From positions 640,001 to 704,000 of the forward strand of contig CAVZYA010000002.1 of the NCBI GenBank assembly GCA_963779415.1: a DNA stretch of 64,000 nucleotides, written 5' to 3'. The notes beneath the pieces were generated by a model. That model was not told the origin of the DNA, ran no database searches, and was given only the letters and a program-made list of their open reading frames with translations. The DNA comes from an uncultured Acidobacteriota bacterium. GTDB lineage: Bacteria > Acidobacteriota > Thermoanaerobaculia > UBA5066. Position 1 is the first letter of the stretch. Each line of letters begins with the position of its first letter. This document shows positions 20,044 through 29,459 of the stretch, piece by piece. Both the position numbers and the translations under genes were made by a program.

Positions 20044-22277
20044 TGCAGGTCCTCCTCCAGGGTGAGAACGAGAGTATCAGGAGCGGCGGAAGAGGTCGGG
20101 GATGGCCTCGCCGGCGCGGCCGGATTTCGGCCTGCAGCGACGTAGCCGAGGGACCGAAGCTGCTTCAGGACCTCCTCCGGGACCGGGGCCCGCGATCCCT
20201 CGTGGCTCGAAGGCGTCGCGAAGAGCTGCATGGAGCCGGGCACCGTCTTACGAGGAGCCGAGAGCCCTTCCCAGCTGAGCGTGGACCGCCCCCGGGGAAG
20301 CGCAGCACCGTCGTTTCTCACGACCGTGACGCCCCGCCGGCACCGAAGGCTCAGTTCCGTGCCGTCGCCGAAGCGCTCCGGCCGGAGGAAGAGCCACCTC
20401 GGGATCGGGCCGGCCGGCAGCGATCCCGCAACCTCCCTTTCCTGGTCTGTCTTCGCGATTGCCGACACCTCCGCGCCGCCGAGGGCCGTGACACTCTCCC
20501 AGCGGCCTGTCGTCCGGGCGCGAAACTCGACGCGCCCGGCCTCAGCGGGAACACGGACGACGAGGGCGCCCGACGACGCCGCGGGAAGGATCCGTTCAAG
20601 GTCGCCCAGGAATGGCTCGAGAAATGCGCGGTCCACGGCCCTCGGACTCTTCTCGTCCGGGTCGGCGGCGAGGTCGTAGGCCTCCATCGGCGGCATCGCC
20701 GGGTACGGATTTCCACCCCACCAGTTCGTCATCTCCTGGGTTGGCCGGAGGATCAGCTTCCTGCCGGCCCGTTCGAAGGCGAAGGCCGTGTACGGGGGGG
20801 ATAGCGAGAGGAGCAAGCGCGTTCTCGCGGCCGCTGGATCTTTCTCGAGGGTGAAGAGAGAGATCCCCTCGAAGGTCGGAGGAGCGGTCAGACCGGAGAG
20901 TTCGAGCAGGGTCGGAGCGACGTCGAGAAGAGTCGAAGGGGCCTTCAGAACCGCTCCGGGGCGCGGGGCTTTTGGAGCCAGAAGGAGAAACGGAACCCGG
21001 ATCTCCTCGTCGTGAAGGTAAGGGTGGCCGTGCCCGAAAATGAGGGGCTCGGGGATCGACGGCCGGTCGTCGAGCAACTCGCCGTGGTCGGACGTGGCGA
21101 CGAGAACGGTCCGCGCGGCGACTCCGGCCTCGGCCAGTCCCCGCCTGAGAATCCCGAGAGCCTCGTCGGTGAGGACGACCTGCTCGGCGTACTTCTTCCG
21201 GAGCGCCTCGGCCAGCTCACTCCGGCCGGGAACCGCCTCCGGAAGGAAAAGCGGTATGGCCGTGTACTGGTGGACCTGAAATGTGTGAAAGAAGACGAAG
21301 AGCGGCTCGCGTTGGTGGGCCCGGACGAGGTCGAGGACGCGGGAAACGCTCTGGACGACGCTCTCGTCTGTGATGTTGACCGTCAGGTAGCGCTCGAAGC
21401 CGCGCGCGAGGCCATAGCTTGAATCGACGAATCCGCCGTTCGTGACCGCGAAGGTCCGGTACCCGGCGAGCCGATACGTTTCGGCGAGAGTCGGAAGCCC
21501 GGGACCGAGGACCGAGTCTTCCGCGATGACGCCGTGCGTCGTCACCGCCGTCGAGGTGAAGAGCGAAGCATGGGAAGGGAGCGTCCAGGACGCGGGCGCC
21601 ACCATCCGTTCGACCCGGAGCCCCTCTCGCGCGAGACGGTCGAACTCGGGCGTTTCGGGGGCGACCGTCCCACCGTAGCAGCGGAGGTGATCCGCGCGGA
21701 GCGTGTCGACCATGAAGACGACGACGAGGGGAGGGTCGGCGGGCAGATGTTCCGGGACAAGGACGGGCTCGGAGACGAGCGCAGGCGTATCGACGGGGTC
21801 GTTCGCGGGCTCTCCCTTGATCCGCGAGCTGGCCTCGATCCGGAGCGCAGCTGCTTTCTCGTGCGGCGTCCAGGGGATCTCGACTTCAGTCCAGTTCGGC
21901 CTGACTCCCTTCGTGAGATGAACGGTCCGGAGGAGCGTGGTCGTCCCGCCCGCTTCCCGCGAAATACGGAAATCGGCCTCCACATCCGGTTCCGGATCGT
22001 CGGCCGCGAGACCGATGGAAAGCCAGAGGGTCGCGGCACGGGAAGAGGGGATCGTCCAGCGGAGGACCTGCCCCGCCGCGAGCCGTCTCGCCGGACGTGC
22101 ATCGCCGGAGATCTTGATCGCCTCCGCGCCGGCCAGAGGGAGGTGACGGACCATTTCCGGACGCGCCCGGCACCCGGAAAAGAGAACGAGGAGACTCGCC
22201 ACCAGCAACGCGAGACGGCCGCGCTCCGACAGGGTGCGTCCCTTCGGACCCGTCATCCGAAAACGTTGAGCCCTCAC
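20040..22277 (-). CDS. Sulfatase / alkaline-phosphatase-superfamily hydrolase or transferase, probably exported
   Basis: VDTLRADHL, WTLPSHASLFT, FFHTFQVH, TSDHGE, GHG and DVAPTLL motifs; lipobox-like LFSGC. Start uncertain. Confidence 0.8.
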   Translation of the reverse strand: MRAQRFRMTGPKGRTLSERGRLALLVASLLVLFSGCRARPEMVRHLPLAGAEAIKISGDARPARRLAAGQVLRWTIPSSRAATLWLSIGLAADDPEPDVEADFRISREAGGTTTLLRTVHLTKGVRPNWTEVEIPWTPHEKAAALRIEASSRIKGEPANDPVDTPALVSEPVLVPEHLPADPPLVVVFMVDTLRADHLRCYGGTVAPETPEFDRLAREGLRVERMVAPASWTLPSHASLFTSTAVTTHGVIAEDSVLGPGLPTLAETYRLAGYRTFAVTNGGFVDSSYGLARGFERYLTVNITDESVVQSVSRVLDLVRAHQREPLFVFFHTFQVHQYTAIPLFLPEAVPGRSELAEALRKKYAEQVVLTDEALGILRRGLAEAGVAARTVLVATSDHGELLDDRPSIPEPLIFGHGHPYLHDEEIRVPFLLLAPKAPRPGAVLKAPSTLLDVAPTLLELSGLTAPPTFEGISLFTLEKDPAAARTRLLLSLSPPYTAFAFERAGRKLILRPTQEMTNWWGGNPYPAMPPMEAYDLAADPDEKSPRAVDRAFLEPFLGDLERILPAASSGALVVRVPAEAGRVEFRARTTGRWESVTALGGAEVSAIAKTDQEREVAGSLPAGPIPRWLFLRPERFGDGTELSLRCRRGVTVVRNDGAALPRGRSTLSWEGLSAPRKTVPGSMQLFATPSSHEGSRAPVPEEVLKQLRSLGYVAAGRNPAAPARPSPTSSAAPDTLVLTLEEDLQ

Positions 22278-22369
22278 GATTCGACTTTACCGCACCGGGC
22301 ACAGCCGTCTTCACGGCGGTCCGGCCCGAGGTCTCGTTCCTCGACGACGGTACCGGGTCAGTCGGCTCG

Positions 22370-25132
22370 TCAGTTCCAGAGCTGAAGGTTGAAGGCGGTC
22401 ACGAGGAAAGGCGCCATCTGCCAGCGGGTGACGTTGCCGGCGGGGCAGTACTTGCCGCCGCCGCAGCCTGCGGTGACCCCTCCCGCATAGATGTAGTGGA
22501 TGAACTTGCAGCCCCCGTCCGTCGGCGGGACGTCGCTGAAGAGGGAACTGCCGCCCAAGGTGCAGTTGTAGGGACCGACCAAAGGAACGGTTCCGCTGGC
22601 CGGAACTGCAGCGCCTGAGCCGGCCATGGCCGTAGCGAGGAAAACGGCCATCTGCCAGCGGTTGACGAGGCTGGAGGGACAGTAATTGCCGCCGCCGCAG
22701 CCGCCGGTGATTCCCCGAGCGTAGATGTAGTGGATGGACGGGCAGGCGCCGTCGGTGGGTGGCACGTCTCCGAAAAGCGAGATACCGCCGCTCGTGCAGT
22801 CATAGGGTCCGACACCGGAAACGGTGCCCGACACGGGAACCGGCACGCCGGGCCCGAGGAGAGAGGTGGCGAGGAAGACGGCCATCTGCCAGCGGGTGAC
22901 GTTTCCGGCGGGGCAGTAATTGCCGCCGCCGCAGCCTGCGGTGATGCCGTTGTGGAAGATGTTCTCGACGAAGCGGTAGGCGCCGTCGGAAGTCGGCACG
23001 TCAGTGAAGCTGTTTCCCACGTGCAGCGTCCAGCTCTTCGAAAAGCCGGTGCTCAACGTCTCGAGGAAGGTGGCGTCCCAGTGGGCGGCGGGACGGGTCG
23101 TCGGGGCGCTGACGCCGACGATGTAGCAGTTCCCCGTGGCCGTCCGGCAGTCCGTGGAAACTCCGTTCGGGATCGTTCCGTACGACGCCGCGCCGTCCGT
23201 CAGCGTGTAGTTGGCCCCCGGCGGGCCCGTGAACGCGGAGGCGGTTCCTGTCAGCGACAGCGGTGCGCCGGAGACGTTCTTCCATGACGGCGCGACAACC
23301 ACGGTCTCGCCCGGCTCGAGGACGCCATTTCCGTTCGGGTCCTCCGAGAGCGCGGTCGGAACCGCGTTGACGTACGAGAAGATCCCCACGGCGGTCGCCG
23401 ACGTGGTGTCCGGATTCGTGATGGCGACGTCGACGTATCCTGCCGCGTGCGCGGGCGTCACGGCCGTGATCTTGTTCGATGTGACGACGACCACGGAGGT
23501 GGCGGCGATCCCGCCGAACGTCACTCCGGCACCCGAAACGAAGTTCGCCCCCGCGATCGTCACGGGCGTTCCCCCCTGCGGGGCCCCGTATGACGGGGAA
23601 AGGCCGGAGAGGACCGGACGGACGAACGCGAGATCCACCGCGGCCTTCGCGTCGAGGCGCCCCCATCCGTAAACGTCGTTCGGAGGAGAGGCGGGGCCGC
23701 AGGCTGAAGAGGCGATCGGGACGGCCGAGTCGGCGAGGATCCGCTCGGTCTGGTCGATCTGCCCGACGAGGGCCGGCTGCGCGGACCAGAGGAGGGCGAC
23801 CGCGCCGGCCACGTGCGGGCCGGCCATCGAGGTCCCCGACATCGAGCCGTAGCCGCCGCCGGGAACGGAGGAGCGGACGTTCGTCCCGGGTGCCGTGATG
23901 TCGGGCTTTGTTCTTCCGCTTCCGTCGATCGTAACGGGACCGAGGCTGCTGAACCCCGCGATCGTGTCGGTGCCCGTATTCAGGGCCCCGACGGAGAAGA
24001 CCTCGTCGTAGATCGCGGGAGGATCGCTCACGCTGGAACAGCCGGGTCCGTCGTTGCCGGCCGAGACGGCCGTGAAGATTCCGGCCGCACGCTGGGCGGC
24101 GGCGGCGGCCTGAAGCGTGAGCGCGCTGCAACCCTCCGACGTCGGACAGCCCCAGGAGTTGTTCGTGACGTTCGGGGCTTTCGCCGGATCGCCTTGCGAC
24201 GGGGAGCCCCCGACCGGATAGGGAGCCAGGAAGAACTGGAAGCACTCGAGGTACGTGGCCGGCGTGCCGGCGCCGCCGTCCATGTTCCGGCACCCGATCC
24301 ACTTCGCGCCCGGCGCCATCCCGATCTGGTTCGCGCCGGCGAGGCCGAGCACCGTCCCCATCGTGTGTGTCCCGTGGCCGTAGTCGTCGCAGGGAGCTGT
24401 GGCGTCGTGCCCGCAGCTCCCGGTCGAGGAATGAATCGCGTCGTGCCAGTTGTAGTCGTGGCTGGCGACCGTGCCGTTCCAGCCGCGGTACGCGGGCTTC
24501 AACGCCGGGTGAGTCCACTCGTATCCCGTGTCCTGCCCGCCGGCGACGATCCCCTGACCGGTGTAGCCGAGAGCCCAGACCTGGGGGGCGTGGCTGTAGG
24601 CGATTCCGGGCTCGACCGTGTCGGGGCTTAGAGTCGGAAAGAGAGTTCCTCCGGGTCGGGGAAGAGAGACCAAAACCCGGGGGTTTCCCTCCACGCGCGC
24701 CACATCGGGCCTCGCGGCCAGCTCGAGAACGAGGGCGCGGCCCCCGGTGACCGCGATGGCGTTGACGATGAAGAAGGGCTCGTAGGGAACGCCGAGTTGC
24801 TTCAGGCGCTCGATAAGAGGACCCTGCGTCCCGGCCGCCGTCCCGAGGAGCGCGTCGCGGACGAATCGCCCCTTTTCCACCCGTGAAGGGAGAGCGACGG
24901 CTTCGGAAAGGTCCGCCTGCCGGGAGAGGACGACGAGGAAGTCGGTCTGGCGGCCGGATTCCGTCGTCCTCATCACCCAGTCCGAGACTTTGGCCAGGGC
25001 GGTCGCTCTGGTTTCGGGCTGCCCGGGACCGGGCTGCGACACGGCAGGGCTTACGAAAAGAAGGAAAGAGACGAGGGTGGCAGCGGTCATTCCGCCCGTC
25101 GACTTCGCGCCGAAGATCGAGGTGACTTTCAT
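22370..25132 (-). CDS. S8 subtilisin-like serine protease with IPT/TIG, Ig-like and three SLH repeats
   Basis: Catalytic DTG, HGTHTMG and GTSMAGP; signal peptide; [20 protein letters not shown] repeats. Confidence 0.92.
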   Translation of the reverse strand: MKVTSIFGAKSTGGMTAATLVSFLLFVSPAVSQPGPGQPETRATALAKVSDWVMRTTESGRQTDFLVVLSRQADLSEAVALPSRVEKGRFVRDALLGTAAGTQGPLIERLKQLGVPYEPFFIVNAIAVTGGRALVLELAARPDVARVEGNPRVLVSLPRPGGTLFPTLSPDTVEPGIAYSHAPQVWALGYTGQGIVAGGQDTGYEWTHPALKPAYRGWNGTVASHDYNWHDAIHSSTGSCGHDATAPCDDYGHGTHTMGTVLGLAGANQIGMAPGAKWIGCRNMDGGAGTPATYLECFQFFLAPYPVGGSPSQGDPAKAPNVTNNSWGCPTSEGCSALTLQAAAAAQRAAGIFTAVSAGNDGPGCSSVSDPPAIYDEVFSVGALNTGTDTIAGFSSLGPVTIDGSGRTKPDITAPGTNVRSSVPGGGYGSMSGTSMAGPHVAGAVALLWSAQPALVGQIDQTERILADSAVPIASSACGPASPPNDVYGWGRLDAKAAVDLAFVRPVLSGLSPSYGAPQGGTPVTIAGANFVSGAGVTFGGIAATSVVVVTSNKITAVTPAHAAGYVDVAITNPDTTSATAVGIFSYVNAVPTALSEDPNGNGVLEPGETVVVAPSWKNVSGAPLSLTGTASAFTGPPGANYTLTDGAASYGTIPNGVSTDCRTATGNCYIVGVSAPTTRPAAHWDATFLETLSTGFSKSWTLHVGNSFTDVPTSDGAYRFVENIFHNGITAGCGGGNYCPAGNVTRWQMAVFLATSLLGPGVPVPVSGTVSGVGPYDCTSGGISLFGDVPPTDGACPSIHYIYARGITGGCGGGNYCPSSLVNRWQMAVFLATAMAGSGAAVPASGTVPLVGPYNCTLGGSSLFSDVPPTDGGCKFIHYIYAGGVTAGCGGGKYCPAGNVTRWQMAPFLVTAFNLQLWN

Positions 25133-25286
25133 GGAACCTCTCGGCCGCGGGTCCCATGCTCCGTTCGTCCGCGAGGAACCGGAGGCTCGGACTCTGCGAC
25201 CCTTTTCTTCAGACTAACGCCGAGGAGCGGTGGATGGTCAATGAGGTAGATGGTTCACTCGCGGCCCTCCGCCGGATCGGAAATCA

Positions 25287-28200
25287 TCAGTAGAGAAGCG
25301 GGATCTGAAAAGCGGTGACGAGGAAGGGCGCCATCTGCCAGCGGGTGACGTCGCTTGCGGGGCAGTACTTGCCACCGCCACAGCCGGCGGTGACCCCTCC
25401 CGCATAGATGTAGTGGATGAACCTGCAGCCCGGGTCCGCCGGCGGGACGTCGCTGAAGAGGGAGTTGCCGCCCGAAGTACAGTCGTAGGTGCCCACACCC
25501 GGGACGGTACCGCTCGTCGGCACGGTGCCGGTCGGGCCGACCATGGCCGTGGCGAGAAAGACCGCCATCTGCCAGCGGCTGATGTTCGAGGCCGGGCAGT
25601 AGTTCCCGCCACCGCATCCGGCGGTGATTCCTGCCGCATAGATGTAGTGGATGAACTTGCAGCCCCCGTCCGTCGGCGGGATGTCGGCGAAGAGGGAGTT
25701 GCCGCCGGAGGTGCAGTTGTACGTGCCCACGCCCGGGACGATCCCGCTCGTCGGCACGGTGCCGGTCGGGCCGACCATGGCCGTGGCGAGGAAGACGGCC
25801 ATCTGCCAGCGGGTGACGTCGCTGGCGGGGCAGTAGTTGCCGCCGCCGCAGCCGGCGGTGATCAGGTTGTGGAGAAGGGTCTCGACGAAGCGGTAGGCGC
25901 CGTCGGAGACGGGCATGTCGGAAAAGCTCCGGCCGACGTGGAGCGTCCAGGTCTTGGGGAGGCCGATGCTGAGGGTCTCGAGAAAGGTGGCGTCCCAGTG
26001 GGCGGCGGGGCGGGTCGCCGGATTGGAGACGGAGAGTCGGTAAGAGGCCACCCCGACCGACCAGCTGTCGGCCGTGGCGCCGGGAGCGATGGTCCCGTAG
26101 TCGGCGGCGGAGTCGAGAAGGGAGTAGGTGGCGCCGGCCGGCCCGGTGAAGGCGGAGGCCGTTCCGGTGAGAGCCAGCGGCGACGCCCCGGTGTTCTTCC
26201 AGGAGGCGTTGACGAGGACCGTCTCACCCGGCTCGAGGATGCCGTTGACGTTCGAGCTCGTTCCGCCCGTGGCATGGGCATCCTCGACGACGCCGGTGGG
26301 CTGGACGTCCACGATCGGGACGGATGCGTTGGCCGTCGGCGAGGTGCAGCCTCCCGCGTTCGTCTCGGTCACGGTGAGGGACACGGTGCCTGAGCTTCCG
26401 GCAGTGAAGGTGATCTGGTTCGTCGTACCGCCGGACGTGATCGAGCCGTTGGTGATCCCCCAGCTGTAACTGCTCCCGGCATGGAGCGGGACGCTCGCGA
26501 CGAGTCCCGTTGCCTCGGGGAACGCAAAGGCCGGCGCCGTGATGACGGGAAGGCCCGGCACGGTGCTGACGAGGACGACCGTTTGCCCGGCGGCCGAGGT
26601 GCAGCCGGCGGCGGTCACCGTGACGCTGTAGGTTCCGGAGGCTGCTGCTGTCGCACCGGGGATCGTCGGGTTCTGCAGCGCCGATGCGAAGCCGTTGGGA
26701 CCCGACCACGCATAGGTGGCACCGGCCACCGTCGGTGTCGAGAGCGAAACCGTATCCCCGACGCAGTAGGGCCCCCCGTTGAACGCGGTGGGGGTCCACG
26801 AGCACGAGTACGTGTACGCCGACGGCAGGCTTCCCGTCTGAAGGTCGGGGTTCGTCACGGCCACGGTCACGGCCCCGGCCGCGTGGACGGGGGTGAGGGC
26901 GTGAACCGTCGTCTCCGAGACGTAGGTGATCCCGATGGCCGAGGTACCGCCGAAGGTCACCGCGGCGCCCGGCTGGAACTGGGTCCCGGAGACCGTCACG
27001 ACGGTCCCGCCCGAGACGGGTCCGTTCGCAGGAGAGACTCCCGTCACCGTCGGCGAAGGTCCCGGGCCCGGCGTCAGACGAAAGACGACCCCGCCGGCAC
27101 GAGCCCCGGCCGAATAGGTCGTCCCGTAAGAGTTCCCGTCGGATCCCTGCACGAGGTCGGCTCGCGGATCTGCTCCGTCGCTTCCCGACAGGGAGTGGAG
27201 CGTCGTCAGCGCCCCGGCCGGCGTGATCTTGAAGATCGTGCCGTATCCCTTCGTGCCACCCGAGGACGTCGTCCCATAGAACCTGCCGTCGGTTTCCTGG
27301 ACGAGACCGGCGTAGGGATACGCCCCGTCGCTGTACGCGAACGAGTGGAGCGTCGTCAGCGCCCCGGCCGACGTGATCTTGAAGATCGTGCCGTAGCCGT
27401 CCGTGCCGCCCAGGGACGTCGTCCCGTAGAAATTGCCGTCGGTCCCCTGCCTGACACCGGCCTGCGGATTCGCCCCGTCGCTTCCGGCGAAGGAGTGGAG
27501 CGTCGTGAGCGCTCCTGCCGGCGTGACCTTGAAGACCGTGCCGTAGCCGCCCGAGCCGCCCGCGTACGTCGTCCCGTAGAAGTTGCCGTCGATTGCCTGC
27601 ACGAGGCCGGCATAAGGATTCGCCCCGTCGCTCCCCGCGAACGAGTAGAGCGTCGTCAGCGTTCCTGCGGGCGTGATCTTGAAGACCGTGCCGTTTCCGC
27701 CCGAGCCGCCCGAGGACGTCGTCCCATAGAAGTTGCCGTCGGTTGCCTTCACGAGGCTGGCTCGCGGATTTGTCCCGTCACTCCCCAAAAAGGAGTGGAG
27801 CGTCGTCAGCGTCCCCGTTGGGGTGATCCTGAAGATCGTTCCAGAGTCAACAGTGCCCCCGTAGTACGTCGTCCCATAGAAGTTGCCGTCGGTTCCCTGT
27901 AGGAGGCCGGAGTACGGATTATCCCCGTCACCCCCCGCGAAAGAGTAGAGCGTTGTCAGCACCCCCGCCGGCGTGATCTTGAAGACCGTGCCGTAGTTTC
28001 CCGGGTTTCCCTGACGCGTCGTCCCGTAGAAGTTTCCGTCGGTTCCCTGCACGAGGGTGCCGAGCGGAAGTGCCGCTTCGCTGCGTGTGAACGGGTAGAG
28101 CGTCGTGAGCGCCCCCGCCGACGTGATCCTGAAGATGGTGCCGACACCGCCTGAACCTCCGTTGTACGTGGTCCCGTAGAAATTCCCGTCGGTTCCCTGC

Positions 28201-29249
28201 GCGAGGCTGGCGTACGGAGCAGCCCCATCGCCCCAGACGAACGAGTGGAGCGTCGTGAGCGTCCCGGCAAGCGTGATCTTGAACGCCGTGCCGTATCCGG
28301 CGGCTCCACCGTGAGACGTCGTCCCGTACAGGTTGCTGTCGGCTCCCCGCACGAGGCCGGCGTAGGGAGCTGCCCCGTCGCTTCCCGCGAAGGTGTAGAG
28401 CGTCGTCAGCGCCCCGCCCGGCGTGATCATGAAGACCGTGCCGTTCCCGCTCGTGCCGCCCGAGGATGCCGTCCCGTAGAAGTTCCCGTCGATTCCCTGC
28501 GCGAGGCCGGCCAGCGGATTCGTTCCTTCGCTCGCCGTAAGAGAGTGGAGCGTCGTCAGCGCCCCCGCCGGCGTGATCTGAAAAGCCGTTCCGTTTCCGC
28601 TCGTGCCGCCCAGGTACGTCGTCCCGTAGAAGTTTCCGTCGCTTCCCTTCACGAGGCCGGCGTACGGAGCCGCCCCGTCGCTCCCCGCGAACGAGTAGAG
28701 CGTCGTCAGGGCCCCCGCCGGCGTGACCCTGAAAACCGTGCCGGAACTTGCCGTGCCGCCCGCATAGGTCGTCCCGTAGAAGTTCCCGTCGGATCCCTGC
28801 ACAAGGCCGCCCTGAGGATTCGCCCCGTCGCTTCCCGCGAAGGAGTAAAGCGTCGTCAGCACCCCGGCCGTCGTAACCTTGAAAACCGTACCGCTTCCGC
28901 TCGCGCCTCCCTGAGACGTCGTCCCGTAGAGGTTCCCGTCGGTTCCCTGCACGAGCGCCGCCTGGGGAGAGCTTCCATCGCTCCCCGCGAAGGAGTAGAG
29001 GGTCGTGAGCACCCCTGCGGACGTGATGCGGTAGACGCTGCCCTGACTGTTCGTCCCGCCCTGGCTCGTCGTACCGTAGAAGTTCCCGTCACCGGCCTGG
29101 ACCAGCCCTGCCGGATACGGCTGCCCGAACGCGAAGGTATGGAGGACCGTGTAGGTCTGCGCCGCGGCCGGGGCCGCAGCGATCAGGATGGCGGAGGCGA
29201 CGGCGATCAGAACGACGTGACCGCACGCGGAGACTCTTTCGACGCGCAT
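25287..29249 (-). CDS. GloVer-type (TIGR03803-like) tandem-repeat surface protein with IPT/TIG, Ig-like and three SLH repeats
   Basis: Signal peptide ending AAAQ. 14 repeats of 'DG.NP.AGLVQG.DGNFYGTT..GG..G.GTVFKITPAG.LTTL.SF'. Same C-terminal module as its neighbours. Confidence 0.88.
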   Translation of the reverse strand: MRVERVSACGHVVLIAVASAILIAAAPAAAQTYTVLHTFAFGQPYPAGLVQAGDGNFYGTTSQGGTNSQGSVYRITSAGVLTTLYSFAGSDGSSPQAALVQGTDGNLYGTTSQGGASGSGTVFKVTTAGVLTTLYSFAGSDGANPQGGLVQGSDGNFYGTTYAGGTASSGTVFRVTPAGALTTLYSFAGSDGAAPYAGLVKGSDGNFYGTTYLGGTSGNGTAFQITPAGALTTLHSLTASEGTNPLAGLAQGIDGNFYGTASSGGTSGNGTVFMITPGGALTTLYTFAGSDGAAPYAGLVRGADSNLYGTTSHGGAAGYGTAFKITLAGTLTTLHSFVWGDGAAPYASLAQGTDGNFYGTTYNGGSGGVGTIFRITSAGALTTLYPFTRSEAALPLGTLVQGTDGNFYGTTRQGNPGNYGTVFKITPAGVLTTLYSFAGGDGDNPYSGLLQGTDGNFYGTTYYGGTVDSGTIFRITPTGTLTTLHSFLGSDGTNPRASLVKATDGNFYGTTSSGGSGGNGTVFKITPAGTLTTLYSFAGSDGANPYAGLVQAIDGNFYGTTYAGGSGGYGTVFKVTPAGALTTLHSFAGSDGANPQAGVRQGTDGNFYGTTSLGGTDGYGTIFKITSAGALTTLHSFAYSDGAYPYAGLVQETDGRFYGTTSSGGTKGYGTIFKITPAGALTTLHSLSGSDGADPRADLVQGSDGNSYGTTYSAGARAGGVVFRLTPGPGPSPTVTGVSPANGPVSGGTVVTVSGTQFQPGAAVTFGGTSAIGITYVSETTVHALTPVHAAGAVTVAVTNPDLQTGSLPSAYTYSCSWTPTAFNGGPYCVGDTVSLSTPTVAGATYAWSGPNGFASALQNPTIPGATAAASGTYSVTVTAAGCTSAAGQTVVLVSTVPGLPVITAPAFAFPEATGLVASVPLHAGSSYSWGITNGSITSGGTTNQITFTAGSSGTVSLTVTETNAGGCTSPTANASVPIVDVQPTGVVEDAHATGGTSSNVNGILEPGETVLVNASWKNTGASPLALTGTASAFTGPAGATYSLLDSAADYGTIAPGATADSWSVGVASYRLSVSNPATRPAAHWDATFLETLSIGLPKTWTLHVGRSFSDMPVSDGAYRFVETLLHNLITAGCGGGNYCPASDVTRWQMAVFLATAMVGPTGTVPTSGIVPGVGTYNCTSGGNSLFADIPPTDGGCKFIHYIYAAGITAGCGGGNYCPASNISRWQMAVFLATAMVGPTGTVPTSGTVPGVGTYDCTSGGNSLFSDVPPADPGCRFIHYIYAGGVTAGCGGGKYCPASDVTRWQMAPFLVTAFQIPLLY
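27075..29150 (-). repeat. Intragenic tandem repeat, 14 x 150 bp
   Basis: GTCCCGTAGA-like word recurs exactly every 150 nt from 27121 to 29071. Confidence 0.9.
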
Positions 29250-29459
29250 GTTTGCCCCTCTCACTGTCCTCGTGCCTTGACCGGCCGGTCCGTAAGAAGC
29301 CCGTTTCACGGGCCGAAGCGGCAGAGCGGAACCGCTTGGTTTCTGACGACCATCAGGCACTCAGTCCGCGAACTCGTCCAGGATTCTCCTTGATGAGGAG
29401 TGACGCCGGAGAGAGGCCATCTTACGCTGGAGACTCCGTGCGGCCGCCCGTTCAGGTGC

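Noticed and set aside
27075-29150. CRISPR-like periodic array
   Set aside because: The 150-nt period is an in-frame protein repeat with no unique spacers and no cas genes.
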